This document shows, in pieces, positions 1 to 9,660 of a DNA stretch of 64,000 bases. Source of the stretch: an uncultured Verrucomicrobiae bacterium. GTDB lineage: Bacteria > Verrucomicrobiota > Verrucomicrobiia > Limisphaerales > Palsa-1400. The translations under genes and the position numbers were made by a program. The stretch is from NCBI GenBank assembly GCA_963764165.1, contig CAVXRD010000002.1, positions 832,001-896,000 of the forward strand. The letters run 5' to 3'. Position 1 is the stretch's first letter; the number at the start of each line of letters is the position of its first letter. The notes beneath the pieces were generated by a model that worked only from the letters and a program-made list of their open reading frames with translations, had not been told where the DNA came from and ran no database searches.

Positions 1-445
1 CCAGTTTCACTTCTGGAACATTCCAATTGCACAAACCCGTTTCGTAAGGCTCCTTGAGCGGTTTGCCATTCACTTGCGGATGCCCGCCGACGAAGGAAAT
101 AGTTTCGCCAGGCAAAGCGAGAATGCGTTTGAAGAACATAATGTGCGGCGCCTCGATCCCGCTCGGCGGGGTCAACCGCACACCGACCACATCGCCGCGT
201 TTTGGTTCGTGCAGGAAGTAGGGCACGCGATTGATGAAATTCACCGAGCGATCCGCGTAAGTCGGCTCCATGCTGATGCCGACGACCCGTGTCGGCAGCA
301 GAATCCATTTGAAAGTGACGATGCAAACGACAGCGAGAATGGCGGCCCTGAGCACCGTCTTTCTCGGATTTCGACCCACCGCGATAATTCGAAGCCCCCG
401 GCCGAGGCGCGCCATTCCGCCCGACCCTCTTTGCTCATCTGTCAT
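1..445 (-). CDS. lepB: Signal peptidase I (partial; runs off the window start)
   Basis: Not in the ORF track. My translation from ATG at 445 gives an N-terminal TM segment, then VVGISMEPT (catalytic Ser box), KRGDVV and FKRILALPGE (catalytic Lys box). Confidence 0.9.
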   Translation of the reverse strand, partial: MTDEQRGSGGMARLGRGLRIIAVGRNPRKTVLRAAILAVVCIVTFKWILLPTRVVGISMEPTYADRSVNFINRVPYFLHEPKRGDVVGVRLTPPSGIEAPHIMFFKRILALPGETISFVGGHPQVNGKPLKEPYETGLCNWNVPEVKL

Positions 446-504
446 CCTTCCCCAATGTCCACGCTCCGCCTGAAAATGGCAAGAGCCACGGAGCGAAAAC
501 GAAT

Positions 505-651
505 AGCCACAGGTGGACACAGATCAACACAGATAAAATCCATGAAAAGGGAGTGAGCTAATAATTTGGTAACGGGCGACTGCTTTGGCCATGCGCGTGT
601 CAACTGAAAGATCTTCAGAAAATCTGTGTTGATCTGTGTCAATCTGTGGCT
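505..651. repeat. Intergenic inverted pair of REP-like repeats
   Basis: agccacaggtggacacagatcaacacagat (505-534) matches the reverse complement of 622-651 at 28/30. Confidence 0.85.
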
Positions 652-683
652 CAACGCCTTGCCGCCAAAAGACGCACGGATTT

Positions 684-2279
684 CTATTTTGCGGCAGCGG
701 GATGTTTGCTCTGAGGTTTCCAACTCAACACCTGTTTTGCCGCGACAAGTCGGCGGTGCAATTCGTCGTAAGGGATTTTTTGAATCGCTGTTGCGTGCTC
801 CAAGGCGATTCCCGCAGCGATGGCGGACGACTGGCCCAAAACCATGAAGACAGGCTCCATTCGAATCGAGCCATAAGCAATGTGGCTGGCCGACAAACAA
901 ACTGGCACCAGCAAATTATCGCACTCCTTTTCTTTCGGCACGATCGCGCGGTAACTGATCGGATACGGCGGGAATCCGCCAACCTGCGTATCGCCTTCGT
1001 TCTCGACGCGGCCATTGCGAACAATGCGGCGGCAGTTGTGCGAATCCATCGTGTAAGCCGCGAGTCCGACCGGGTCTGGCAAATCCAACGATTCGCGGCA
1101 GTTGCGTTCCGTCATGACGTAATCCGAAATCATGCGGCGCGCCTCGCGAACATAAAGCTGGTGCGGCCATCCTCCGGTGTCGATGAATTCGTCCTTGGCC
1201 AATCCCCACGATTGCATTTCCTCGCGGAGGTAATCCGGCACGCGCGGGCTGCTGGCGAGGAAATGGAAAAACCCGCGCGTGTAATCTTCGTGCGCCTTCC
1301 AAATGCGTTCGCGCTCGGCATACGTTCCGTCGGCGTAACCCTCGTTGCCACCTATAAAATCCGTGGAAAATCCACCGTTGTTATTGATGTCGGTTTTTCC
1401 ATTCGGCATCGGCTGGATGTTCATGAATTGCTCCAGGACCAGATGTTTGTTCGTGACCGCCAGCGCCTCGATGTAACGCGCCAAAAGCTCGTAACGCGCC
1501 GGGTCGTAATTTGATGGAGGGTTGATGGGCAATTTGTTCGTCGTTTTTTGCGTCAGACAGAACCGGAAGTTGAAGGCTTGCACGGAGTGATCGCCCGCGC
1601 CCGGTTCGCCGAACGGTTGCGCCATCACGCACGGAATCAAACCGCTCGAAGGATCGCCAGGCCGCACATAAGGATCGACTGGCGCGAAGAATTGATGTTT
1701 CGGCGTGGCCCCGCGAATGCCGTCCAAAGATTCGCCGTAGACACTGTTGGCTTCGCGCCCGACAAAATAGGAAACGCCCGCCCTGGCCATCAGGTCGCCT
1801 TCGTAACTGGTGTCGATGAATTCGCGGGCCTGGAAAACCGTGCCGTTTTCCATCGTGATGCTTTCGAGGTGGCCGTGATTCTTTCGCACCGAAGCCAGCC
1901 GCTGATCGTAATAAACGGAAACGCCCGCTTCGTTGAGCATGTCGCGGAAAACGCCTTCGGCCACGCTCGGTTCCAATCGCCACACTTCATTTGTGTGATA
2001 GTGACGGCCCATCCGCTGGTAAAATTCCCGGGACAACCCGCCAATCGCCGCCTTGTTCCCAATATCCGTCTGGCTCAGTCCGCCGGAGGTCATGCCGCCG
2101 ATGTATTTGCCAAATTCTGTCAATACGACTTTATGGCCTTCCCGCGCCGCTTCAACCGCCGCCGCGATGCCGCCGGACGTCGCGCCAAAAACGCAGATGT
2201 CGGCGTGGATTACTTCGGCCGCATGGGAAGAATGGGAAGCAATAAGAGCGATGGCTGCGAAGACCAGCGGATGTTTCAT
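684..2279 (-). CDS. Secreted FAD-dependent oxidoreductase (FAD_oxidored-like)
   Basis: Signal peptide MKHPLVFAAIALIASHSSHA; dinucleotide-binding VFGATSGGIAAAV; GGMTSGGL, FIDTSYEGDL, LYVREARRM and SASHIAYGSIRMEP motifs. Confidence 0.85.
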   Translation of the reverse strand: MKHPLVFAAIALIASHSSHAAEVIHADICVFGATSGGIAAAVEAAREGHKVVLTEFGKYIGGMTSGGLSQTDIGNKAAIGGLSREFYQRMGRHYHTNEVWRLEPSVAEGVFRDMLNEAGVSVYYDQRLASVRKNHGHLESITMENGTVFQAREFIDTSYEGDLMARAGVSYFVGREANSVYGESLDGIRGATPKHQFFAPVDPYVRPGDPSSGLIPCVMAQPFGEPGAGDHSVQAFNFRFCLTQKTTNKLPINPPSNYDPARYELLARYIEALAVTNKHLVLEQFMNIQPMPNGKTDINNNGGFSTDFIGGNEGYADGTYAERERIWKAHEDYTRGFFHFLASSPRVPDYLREEMQSWGLAKDEFIDTGGWPHQLYVREARRMISDYVMTERNCRESLDLPDPVGLAAYTMDSHNCRRIVRNGRVENEGDTQVGGFPPYPISYRAIVPKEKECDNLLVPVCLSASHIAYGSIRMEPVFMVLGQSSAIAAGIALEHATAIQKIPYDELHRRLVAAKQVLSWKPQSKHPAAAK

Positions 2280-2284
2280 CCCGG

Positions 2285-2758
2285 CTACTTTTGAAGTGCA
2301 GGCGCCTTTTTCATCTCGCGAAAATTTCCCTTTTCGCAGCATTGCACGAATTCCTCCGTGACGGTCTTCAGGCTTTCCCAGCGGGCGCGGATGGATTTGG
2401 CTTCAGTGGCGGTGATTTGGTTATCCGCGGCGGCGGCGGCCATGAGCGACAGGAGATCGGCGAATTCCTGCACGACACTATTCATGGCCGGAACCAGATT
2501 TTGCGTTTGTTTGTCGCCGCCTTGCGGATTGTGGACGAAGAATCCGCCAGCCTTGTTGCAAATCCATTGGGCGACACTCGGATCGTTGACGCAGCGCATG
2601 AGGACGGCGACGCGATCCAAAGGATTCGCCGCGCCGCTGTTGCCGGTGGGTGGCTCGGCCCATTTGTAGACCATGGAGAGGGAGAGGCCCATCTCGGCGG
2701 CGGCCTGCTTTGGACTCACTTTTTGAAAGACTTCACGCAAAAGCTCGTGGGATTCCAT
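2285..2758 (-). CDS. Phage CII-like (CP76-type) DNA-binding regulatory protein
   Basis: N-terminal HTH-like PKQAAAEMGLSLSMVYKW, NPLDRV, and C-terminal AAADNQITATEA typical of CII-like proteins. Confidence 0.6.
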   Translation of the reverse strand: MESHELLREVFQKVSPKQAAAEMGLSLSMVYKWAEPPTGNSGAANPLDRVAVLMRCVNDPSVAQWICNKAGGFFVHNPQGGDKQTQNLVPAMNSVVQEFADLLSLMAAAAADNQITATEAKSIRARWESLKTVTEEFVQCCEKGNFREMKKAPALQK

Positions 2759-2823
2759 CGCCAAAAAGTATTAAGGAAATCTTAAAATTTGGCAACCAGG
2801 AACGCGGATTAATTCGGATTAAT

Positions 2824-2982
2824 TGAATCAGGAACGCCCGAACTCAGGAACGGAGGATAGCGTTTCAAAAGCGGGGGCGATTCATTCCGAGTGACCCGCA
2901 TGCGCTACGGCGGTTTAATGGGACAAAACGTGTCAATTTGACGCTTCCGTCTCCGTTCCTGAGTTCGGGCGTTCCTGATTCA
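2824..2982. repeat. Perfect 32-bp inverted repeat pair (REP/REPIN-like)
   Basis: tgaatcaggaacgcccgaactcaggaacggag (2824-2855) is the reverse complement of 2951-2982. Confidence 0.9.
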
Positions 2983-2992
2983 TCATGTCTTT

Positions 2993-4669
2993 TTACCATC
3001 CGCCAGCCGTACCACCGGCGCGCGGGTCGGCAGCCCCCACAAAATTAGTGCCGCCCGGCCCTCGCGCCACAATTTGCGAAACTGCAATCGCGTTCAGCTC
3101 ACGGATCTTGTGGCCGCGGGCAGCCAGCGCGTTCTTCAAGTTTCCCGGGAGGCTTTTTTCCACGTCTAATTGATCAGGCGACCATTGATGGTGAATACGT
3201 GGCGTGGCCAGCGCTTCCTCCGGCGTTTTTCCTAGATCTAGAATGTCAATCAGCTCCTGAAAGACCGCGCTGATAATCGTCGGCCCGCCAGCGGCGCCTA
3301 ACGCAATGATCGGCTTGCCATCCTTCAGCACAATAGTCGGGCTCATGCTGGAAAGCGGACGCTTTCCTGGCGCGACCGCATTGGCCTCGCCGCCCACCAA
3401 CCCGAACGCATTCGGCACGCCCGGCTGCACTGAGAAGTCGTCCATTTGATTGTTCATCACAACGCCCGTGCCGGGAATCACGACCTTGGAGCCAAACGTT
3501 GTATTGATGGTGGCGGTGCAGGCTACCCAGTTGCCTTCCTCGTCGGCCACCGAGAAGTGCGTCGTGTGCTTTTTGAAAATGTCCGTTTGCGCATCCGGCG
3601 GCTCGCCGTGCGCCGCGACCTTGATCGTATGATTGACATCAATTTTCCGCGCCAGTTCCGCCGCGTAACTCTTGGCAATCAGCCCGCGCGGCACTGGCGC
3701 AAAAGCCGGATCGCCCAGCCAAAACGCGCGATCCGCAAACGCGAGTTTCATTGCTTCAGCAATAACGTGGAGCCGGGTCGTCTCATCCATCTTCGCGAGA
3801 TCAAAATTTTCCAGGATGTTCAAAATCTCCAGCACATGAACGCCGCCCGAGCTTGGCGGCGGAAAGGAGAGAACTTTGTATTGACGGTAAGTGGATTCCA
3901 CCGGCTCGCGAATTTCGGCGTGGTAACGGGCTAGATCGTCCGCGGTCATCACACCGCCGTTGGCCTGCATCCACTTTTGCAGGGCCTGCGCAAAGGGACC
4001 GCGATAAAACCAGCCAATTCCCTGCGCGGCGATGACGCGATAGGTGGCGGCAAGATCCGCTTCGCGCAATGTGCCGCCCATCTTTCGCGGCGCGCCGTTT
4101 GTAAAATAAACATCGGTTGACGATTTGAACTTCGCCATGTCGCGCGCCTCCGATTGCAGCGCCGAAGCGTAATTTTTTGTCAGAGGAAAGCCGCGATCCG
4201 CCAACGCGGCGGCGGGAAGAATCAAATCCGCGAGCTTCTTTTTGCCAAAGTGCTGGACGGCGTAATCGAATGCCGCCAGTTCGCCGGGAACTCCGCTGGC
4301 CAGCGCGCCCGTTTGGCTGAGTTCAATGTCGCCCTTGCCATTGCGGACGAACATATCGCGCGTGGCCGCGGCCGGGGCAGTCTCGCGCCCATCGACGCAG
4401 ATGTTCGAGCCGTTCGCCAGATGGATCAGCAGGAAGCAGCCGCCGCCGATGCCGGAATTGCGCGTGTCAACAACTCCAAGCGTCAAGCCCACCGCCACCG
4501 CCGCGTCAATCGCATTGCCGCCATTCTTGAGAACTTTCACGCCCGCCTCGGTCGCCACTGGATTGACAGACGCCACCATGCCGTGCGCGCCAGTCGCCGC
4601 TGAAATCGTATTGACGCTGCACAGCGCGAAAGCAAGCGCAACTGTGAAAGTTCGAATTAACGTTGTCAT
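2993..4669 (-). CDS. ggt: Gamma-glutamyltransferase
   Basis: GGNAIDAAVA, SGIGGG, DGRETAP, PPPSSGG, autocleavage HTTHFSV, NNQMDDFS, PGKRPLSSMSP; signal peptide. Confidence 0.95.
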   Translation of the reverse strand: MTTLIRTFTVALAFALCSVNTISAATGAHGMVASVNPVATEAGVKVLKNGGNAIDAAVAVGLTLGVVDTRNSGIGGGCFLLIHLANGSNICVDGRETAPAAATRDMFVRNGKGDIELSQTGALASGVPGELAAFDYAVQHFGKKKLADLILPAAALADRGFPLTKNYASALQSEARDMAKFKSSTDVYFTNGAPRKMGGTLREADLAATYRVIAAQGIGWFYRGPFAQALQKWMQANGGVMTADDLARYHAEIREPVESTYRQYKVLSFPPPSSGGVHVLEILNILENFDLAKMDETTRLHVIAEAMKLAFADRAFWLGDPAFAPVPRGLIAKSYAAELARKIDVNHTIKVAAHGEPPDAQTDIFKKHTTHFSVADEEGNWVACTATINTTFGSKVVIPGTGVVMNNQMDDFSVQPGVPNAFGLVGGEANAVAPGKRPLSSMSPTIVLKDGKPIIALGAAGGPTIISAVFQELIDILDLGKTPEEALATPRIHHQWSPDQLDVEKSLPGNLKNALAARGHKIRELNAIAVSQIVARGPGGTNFVGAADPRAGGTAGGW

Positions 4670-5880
4670 GTTTGTAATTCACCTTCCCAGCGGGCGACGA
4701 CTGCCGCCGCCAGGCAATTGCCAATAAGATTGATACAGGTCCGCGCCATGTCCAGAAATGCGTCGACTCCCAAAATCAAGGCGACGCCCTCCAGCGGCAG
4801 GCCAAACGTGGTGAGCGTGCCGGACAAAACCACCATGGCCGCGCGCGGCACGCCAGCCACGCCTTTGCTGGTAAGCATCAGCGTCAGCATCATGGGCAGC
4901 TCCTCCGCGAGCGCAAGGTGATGCCCTGCCGCCTGCGCCACAAAAACAGATGTCAGCGCGAGGTAAAGAGTAGAGCCATCCAGATTGAACGAGTATCCGG
5001 CGGGCATCACAAACGCGACGACACGCCGCGAAGCGCCAAATGCCTCCATGATTCGCAGCGCATCCGGCAAGGCCGCTTCCGAGCTTGCCGTGGAAAACGC
5101 CAGCAAGGCGGGCTCGCGAATGGCGCGGAAAAATTTCAGCACCGGAATCCGGGCCATCAGCATCACCGGCACGAGGACGAATAAAATAAACGCGGCCAGC
5201 GCGCCGTAAAGCGTCAACACGAGCTTTCCCAACTGAACGAGAACATGGGAGCCATTCTGCGCGAGCGTCGCGGCAATGGCGGCGCCCACCCCAATTGGCG
5301 CAAAATACATGACCAGAGCGGTGAATCGGAACATCACTTGCGAAACCGCCTCGAAGAAATCGACCACGATTTGCTTTTGCTTTGCCTGGATGCCGCTGAG
5401 CGCCAGGCCGAAAAAAACCGCGAACACCACCACTTGCAAAACATCATTGCGGGCGGCGGCATCGAAAAGGCTTTGCGGAGCGAGATGTTCGAGAATGAAA
5501 GCCCCGTTCACATGCGTGGCGGCAAATTGCTTCCCGGAATCGGCGGAAGCCGACAAATGAATTCCATTGCCCGGCTGGGCCAGATTTACCGCCGCCAATC
5601 CGACAGCCAAGGCCAGACAGGTGACAGCCTCAAAATAAATCAGCGCCTTGAGCGCCATGCGTCCGATGACTTTCATATCGGACGTATGCCCCGCGATGCC
5701 AACAACCAGCGTGCTGAAAATAAGCGGGACCACGACGCACTTGATGAGGTGGAGAAAAAGCGTCGAGAGCACCTGAAGTTGCTTCGCCTGTTCCGGGAAA
5801 AGCTCCCCCACAGCAACGCCCACCACCATCGCGATCATAATCCAATGGGTCAGCGTCATTCGTTTGACAAACGTCGGCAT
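4666..5880 (-). CDS. Dicarboxylate/amino acid:cation symporter (GltP/DctA family)
   Basis: Multi-TM protein with FSTASSEAALP, GYSFNLDGS, SKGVAGVPRA and DMARTCINLIGN motifs. Confidence 0.92.
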   Translation of the reverse strand: MPTFVKRMTLTHWIMIAMVVGVAVGELFPEQAKQLQVLSTLFLHLIKCVVVPLIFSTLVVGIAGHTSDMKVIGRMALKALIYFEAVTCLALAVGLAAVNLAQPGNGIHLSASADSGKQFAATHVNGAFILEHLAPQSLFDAAARNDVLQVVVFAVFFGLALSGIQAKQKQIVVDFFEAVSQVMFRFTALVMYFAPIGVGAAIAATLAQNGSHVLVQLGKLVLTLYGALAAFILFVLVPVMLMARIPVLKFFRAIREPALLAFSTASSEAALPDALRIMEAFGASRRVVAFVMPAGYSFNLDGSTLYLALTSVFVAQAAGHHLALAEELPMMLTLMLTSKGVAGVPRAAMVVLSGTLTTFGLPLEGVALILGVDAFLDMARTCINLIGNCLAAAVVARWEGELQT

Positions 5881-5990
5881 TGCGCGGGCAGACTACTGTT
5901 TCGAGCCGCGGGTGCGCGACAGAATTCTTCACAAGGCATACCCTTCTCCTCGATCGCCGGCGCCATGGCCTTTTCCCCTTCGTGCCCTTT

Positions 5991-7697
5991 GCAGTGCTAT
6001 TTCGGAAAACTCTTCATTTTTGGCAAAGTTTTAGGCGGCGAGTTTGGTCAATTTGTCCACGTCCGCTTTGCGGGCGGTCAAGAGCGCAGTAATGGTGGTG
6101 CGCCCTTTCTCGGTGACAACATAGCGGTGGGTGCCGCTGACTTTGGCGATCAAGCCATGCGCTCGCAGGAGCCGCAGTCGGCGTCCAATCCAGCCCATTC
6201 TGCGTTTGAGTTCGCGGTCATCGCACCGGCTGGGAAAATAGGCCTGCCGAATGTCTCGACTGCGAAAGCCGTTGAGGGCGTACTCTCCCTGGCTGACCAT
6301 TTCCAAAAGGCGTCCGTCCTCCGGGGCCCAAGGATTGAGGGCGCGGTAGCGCCGCCCCGCCTGCCGCAGGGGCTTGCAGCATTTTTCAACCCATTGGAAC
6401 AGCGGCACCGTTCCGCTGACGGATCCCAACGCCTGCAAATAACGTTCATTGGCCCGGTGAGAGATTTCTTTGCGCCGTTTCAGGTCGGCCAGCCCCCGGC
6501 GCAATGTCAGCCAGCGTTTGGCCTCCTTGGGCCGGCCTTCCGGTTTGCGATAAACTTTAAATTCCTCCGGGTGCGTCACCGTCGTTTCGATCCGCAAAAC
6601 CGAGCCCTGCTTGTCGTAAAATTTGATCGAGTTGCCGTTAAGACTGTGCTTGACCCGCACGCCCTCCGGCCGCCGTTTGGTGTCGCTGGTGATTTCGCCC
6701 TCAAACTGGCCGTACACCCTGCCCGTGCTGATGGGAACGTATCGGCCCAAAAACCTCATCACGTCCGCGCTGGAAAAGGAACTGATGGCATGGTGAACCA
6801 GGCTGGGATAAAGCCGGGCCAGGCTCTCGGGCTCCTTGAAAATGACATCGGTGGCATATTCGGTGTCCGAAGCGCTCCAATAGTATTTGAGGTTCAGCGG
6901 CTGGCAAATCGACCGGTGCAGGGGATGAACCTCATTGAGCAGCCGGCCCAGCTCCTTGGGCCAGTCAGTTTGCAGTTGCTGGTCCAGCAGGCCTTGAGCG
7001 CGCCCCATATCGGCCACCCGCAAAAAGGTGTTCTCCTTCTTTTGATAGGCAATGCCTGCCTGATCCAACTGCTTTCCCAGCCAATGCCGGCCATTGAGGC
7101 AGATATTAATCTGGAAGGGAAACCAGGTTTGCAGGCGCAGGTGCATGAAGCCAAACTTGGAATGCTCGAAATAGAAATAAAGATGGCTGCACTTGCGCTG
7201 CTGAACCTTCACCTCAATGTGTTTGGTTTGGGGGTTTCCGACGACTTGAAAGGACATGCAGGGTTCCGTGCAATTGAGAATGGCGATCAGTCCCTCGGTG
7301 ATTTTATCGCGGGCGGCAATCTTGCGCGCCACCTCCTCCTTGCTGGTTTGGCTGGAGGGGACGAAAAGAAAAGGCCGCCCGGCTGTTTGTGCCAGGGCCC
7401 TGGCTTTGTCTTTGACCGCTTTGGTGGTCCGTTCGACCAACTGGCTGAAATCCTTGATCAGAATGTGGCAGGCGTTCAAGTAGGCCTCCATCACCTGGGG
7501 GCCGTACAACTGGCGCAGCGTCCCGCGCAATCGCAGGCGATCAAAGCCCGAAAGAACTCCTAGAATTGAGGAAGCATGTTTGTGTACAAAAGAGTTGGAA
7601 GCGCCGTCATGGGTAAGCGGTTTGTTTTGCATACATCCAATCTTACCCAGACCGGACGGCGCTTTCCTCTTATTTTTGGTTGCGGCTTTGCCGCGCT
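5991..7697 (-). mobile_element. Insertion element copy 1 (about 1.7 kb, no TIR/TSD), single putative transposase gene
   Basis: 5989-7700 is repeated almost exactly at 9659-11371 with different flanks. Boundaries are ambiguous by a few bp because both flanks read TT|GTG. Confidence 0.85.
6031..7632 (-). CDS. Putative transposase (533 aa) with Rep_trans/CRI-like motifs and C-terminal winged HTH
   Basis: Only ORF of a duplicated element. Motifs EYATD (about 258-262) and IKFYDKQGSVLRIE (Y339); C-terminal LRLLRAHGLIAKVSGTHRYVVT wHTH. Confidence 0.75.
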   Translation of the reverse strand: MQNKPLTHDGASNSFVHKHASSILGVLSGFDRLRLRGTLRQLYGPQVMEAYLNACHILIKDFSQLVERTTKAVKDKARALAQTAGRPFLFVPSSQTSKEEVARKIAARDKITEGLIAILNCTEPCMSFQVVGNPQTKHIEVKVQQRKCSHLYFYFEHSKFGFMHLRLQTWFPFQINICLNGRHWLGKQLDQAGIAYQKKENTFLRVADMGRAQGLLDQQLQTDWPKELGRLLNEVHPLHRSICQPLNLKYYWSASDTEYATDVIFKEPESLARLYPSLVHHAISSFSSADVMRFLGRYVPISTGRVYGQFEGEITSDTKRRPEGVRVKHSLNGNSIKFYDKQGSVLRIETTVTHPEEFKVYRKPEGRPKEAKRWLTLRRGLADLKRRKEISHRANERYLQALGSVSGTVPLFQWVEKCCKPLRQAGRRYRALNPWAPEDGRLLEMVSQGEYALNGFRSRDIRQAYFPSRCDDRELKRRMGWIGRRLRLLRAHGLIAKVSGTHRYVVTEKGRTTITALLTARKADVDKLTKLAA

Positions 7698-8049
7698 GTG
7701 TCCTTGTTGTTCAATTCCCTTGCCGGTCCCGGCTGGCCCCGGGCAAGGACCCCGGGCGCCGCGCCGCCGGCGAATTCAAACCAGACTTTTTAAAACAAGG
7801 GCGCAAAGGACACGAAGAGGAGAAGGCGTTAAAGCCTGCTATCTGGGCCTCGCTGCGTTCTCCGAGCGCGATTGCGTTGAAGCCACGATGAAGCCAGCGT
7901 GATCAGGCATAAGGTCCATCCCGCTCATCCTGTGCATCCCGTCAAAATTTTGCCCAAAATGCGGACTTTTTCGAGATGGCACCGCAAAGCATTTGCCGAT
8001 TCTTTTACATGCCTGCCGCACCCCCAAAATAAAAAATCGACAGCGGCCG

Positions 8050-8430
8050 TTACGGATTGCTGCTCTCAATATCCTGGCCAAACACGATTGCCACGTTGTT
8101 GACATCGCGCACGCTAAATTCTCGAATCCCGTAGGGCTGATCTGTTGGCTCCGTTGCCGCTTCCCCGCCGCGACTGACTATTTCCCGGTGGCAGGCATCG
8201 ACGTCCTTCACCCACTGAAACAAGTGGACGCCGCTCGGGTTTCCGGCACTCTTGACGAAGTGAATGGCGGAATTGTCGCGCCAAACCACCGCGTATGTCT
8301 CGTCGCCGAAATCCCACGTAAAACCAAGGACATCACGATAGAAGGCGGCCGTTGCCTTGACGTCCGCGACATGCAGCACCGGGGCGCCTTGGATGAATTG
8401 AACAGGATTGGATGATGGCAATGATGGCAT
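8050..8430 (-). CDS. VOC/glyoxalase-bleomycin resistance family protein
   Basis: PVLHVADVKATAAFYRDVLGF...PTDQPYGIREFSVRDVNN pattern. Confidence 0.85.
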   Translation of the reverse strand: MPSLPSSNPVQFIQGAPVLHVADVKATAAFYRDVLGFTWDFGDETYAVVWRDNSAIHFVKSAGNPSGVHLFQWVKDVDACHREIVSRGGEAATEPTDQPYGIREFSVRDVNNVAIVFGQDIESSNP

Positions 8431-9187
8431 TTTTCCTATATGGTCATGACCACCATCGGGAGCCTGTGCGCCAGATTAATGGATTTAACACGATTCAACA
8501 GTATCATCGGCTTGGGATAGTTATCGAGGCCGACTCCTCAGACAACGATAATATTTCCCTCATCGACAGCAGGACGGTCCTGGGGCCGATCCGCGTCGGG
8601 CAAAAGCGATTCTCTTTGCGGCCTCGTCTCCTTGTTGTTTTCTTGAGGTCCTCGGCGGCCTGGCGCGCATCGCTTTGGCGGGGCCAACCGGAAACAGCAA
8701 ATGGATTGGACAGAAGCACACGAAGGCCACGAAGTGGAAAAGGCGTTGACGCCAGCTATCTAGGCCAAACCCTGCGTCCTCCGCGCGATGGCGCTTAAAG
8801 CAACGATGAAACCAAATGCCGGACGGAAAAACTTTCGCGCAGAGAAGATGAGTGCGCAGAGGAACTCAAAGACAAATCCGCACTCATCTGAAAACAGCGC
8901 GGATCACGTTTTTTGGATGCGGCTCTGCCGCACCGTGCCCTTGCGCCCTCCCGTTTAAATCCCCCCTCCCTCGGATTCAAAAGCGGACGCCAAGGCCCAA
9001 GGGCGTAAAGACTTTGCCGATTCACATTTATGCCTCTTCCGGGACCTGCAGGAAAACATGTGATTATGTTGGTCTGACCTTGCGGGCGCAATTTTGAGGA
9101 CAATAGGTCGGCGACTATTCGCTAGTCGGGGGCTAACTGCCTCTGATCCGTCAGCGTCGGGTGATTCAAGCGCGCTGAATGGTCAAC

Positions 9188-9331
9188 TCACATAGAGCCA
9201 AAGCCCGCCTTGCCCTCCAACACCATCAGGAAAAAAACAATTGCAACCGGAATTCCGACAATCAGAATCGCGCCGATAACGAGCAACAAAACCGCCCGCG
9301 TTAGGCGATATGGCTTTTCCTCACACCTCAT
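9188..9331 (-). CDS. Possible 47-aa single-TM small protein
   Basis: My translation MRCEEKPYRLTRAVLLLVIGAILIVGIPVAIVFFLMVLEGKAGFGSM; one long hydrophobic helix; no homology evidence. Confidence 0.35.
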   Translation of the reverse strand: MRCEEKPYRLTRAVLLLVIGAILIVGIPVAIVFFLMVLEGKAGFGSM

Positions 9332-9660
9332 AAAACGCAAGCATGCCTGAGATGTTTGCCGCAGTCAAAGAGATCGAAGATCATCAATACGGTTGCTCGG
9401 GCAGAAGCGTGGCAATTCTTTCATCTAAGTCACGGGCGCATCCCGGTTTTTGACAAGCTTGGAAACGAAGTACGCCAGGCATGCCGACAGTGATCGCTCT
9501 CGCCCCGTCCCGCCGCGGCGGGAGGAGAGAGAAGGAGAGAGGGCCCTTTGCAATCCACACTGCGGCCTCACCTCAATTTGGCAGGGCGGACCTGCGTGTC
9601 CGCCCAAACCTTCATCCCAAATCTCACCCGCATTCACACACCTGCCGCGCCCTCATCCTT

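Noticed and set aside
2285..2758. Prophage remnant around the CII-like gene
   Set aside because: Flanked by ordinary metabolic genes with no other phage functions; more likely a domesticated regulator.
5245..7563. 772-aa plus-strand ORF (and 9548-10402, 10293-11234)
   Set aside because: Antisense shadows of the symporter and transposase genes; they cross the element boundary and have no recognisable motifs.
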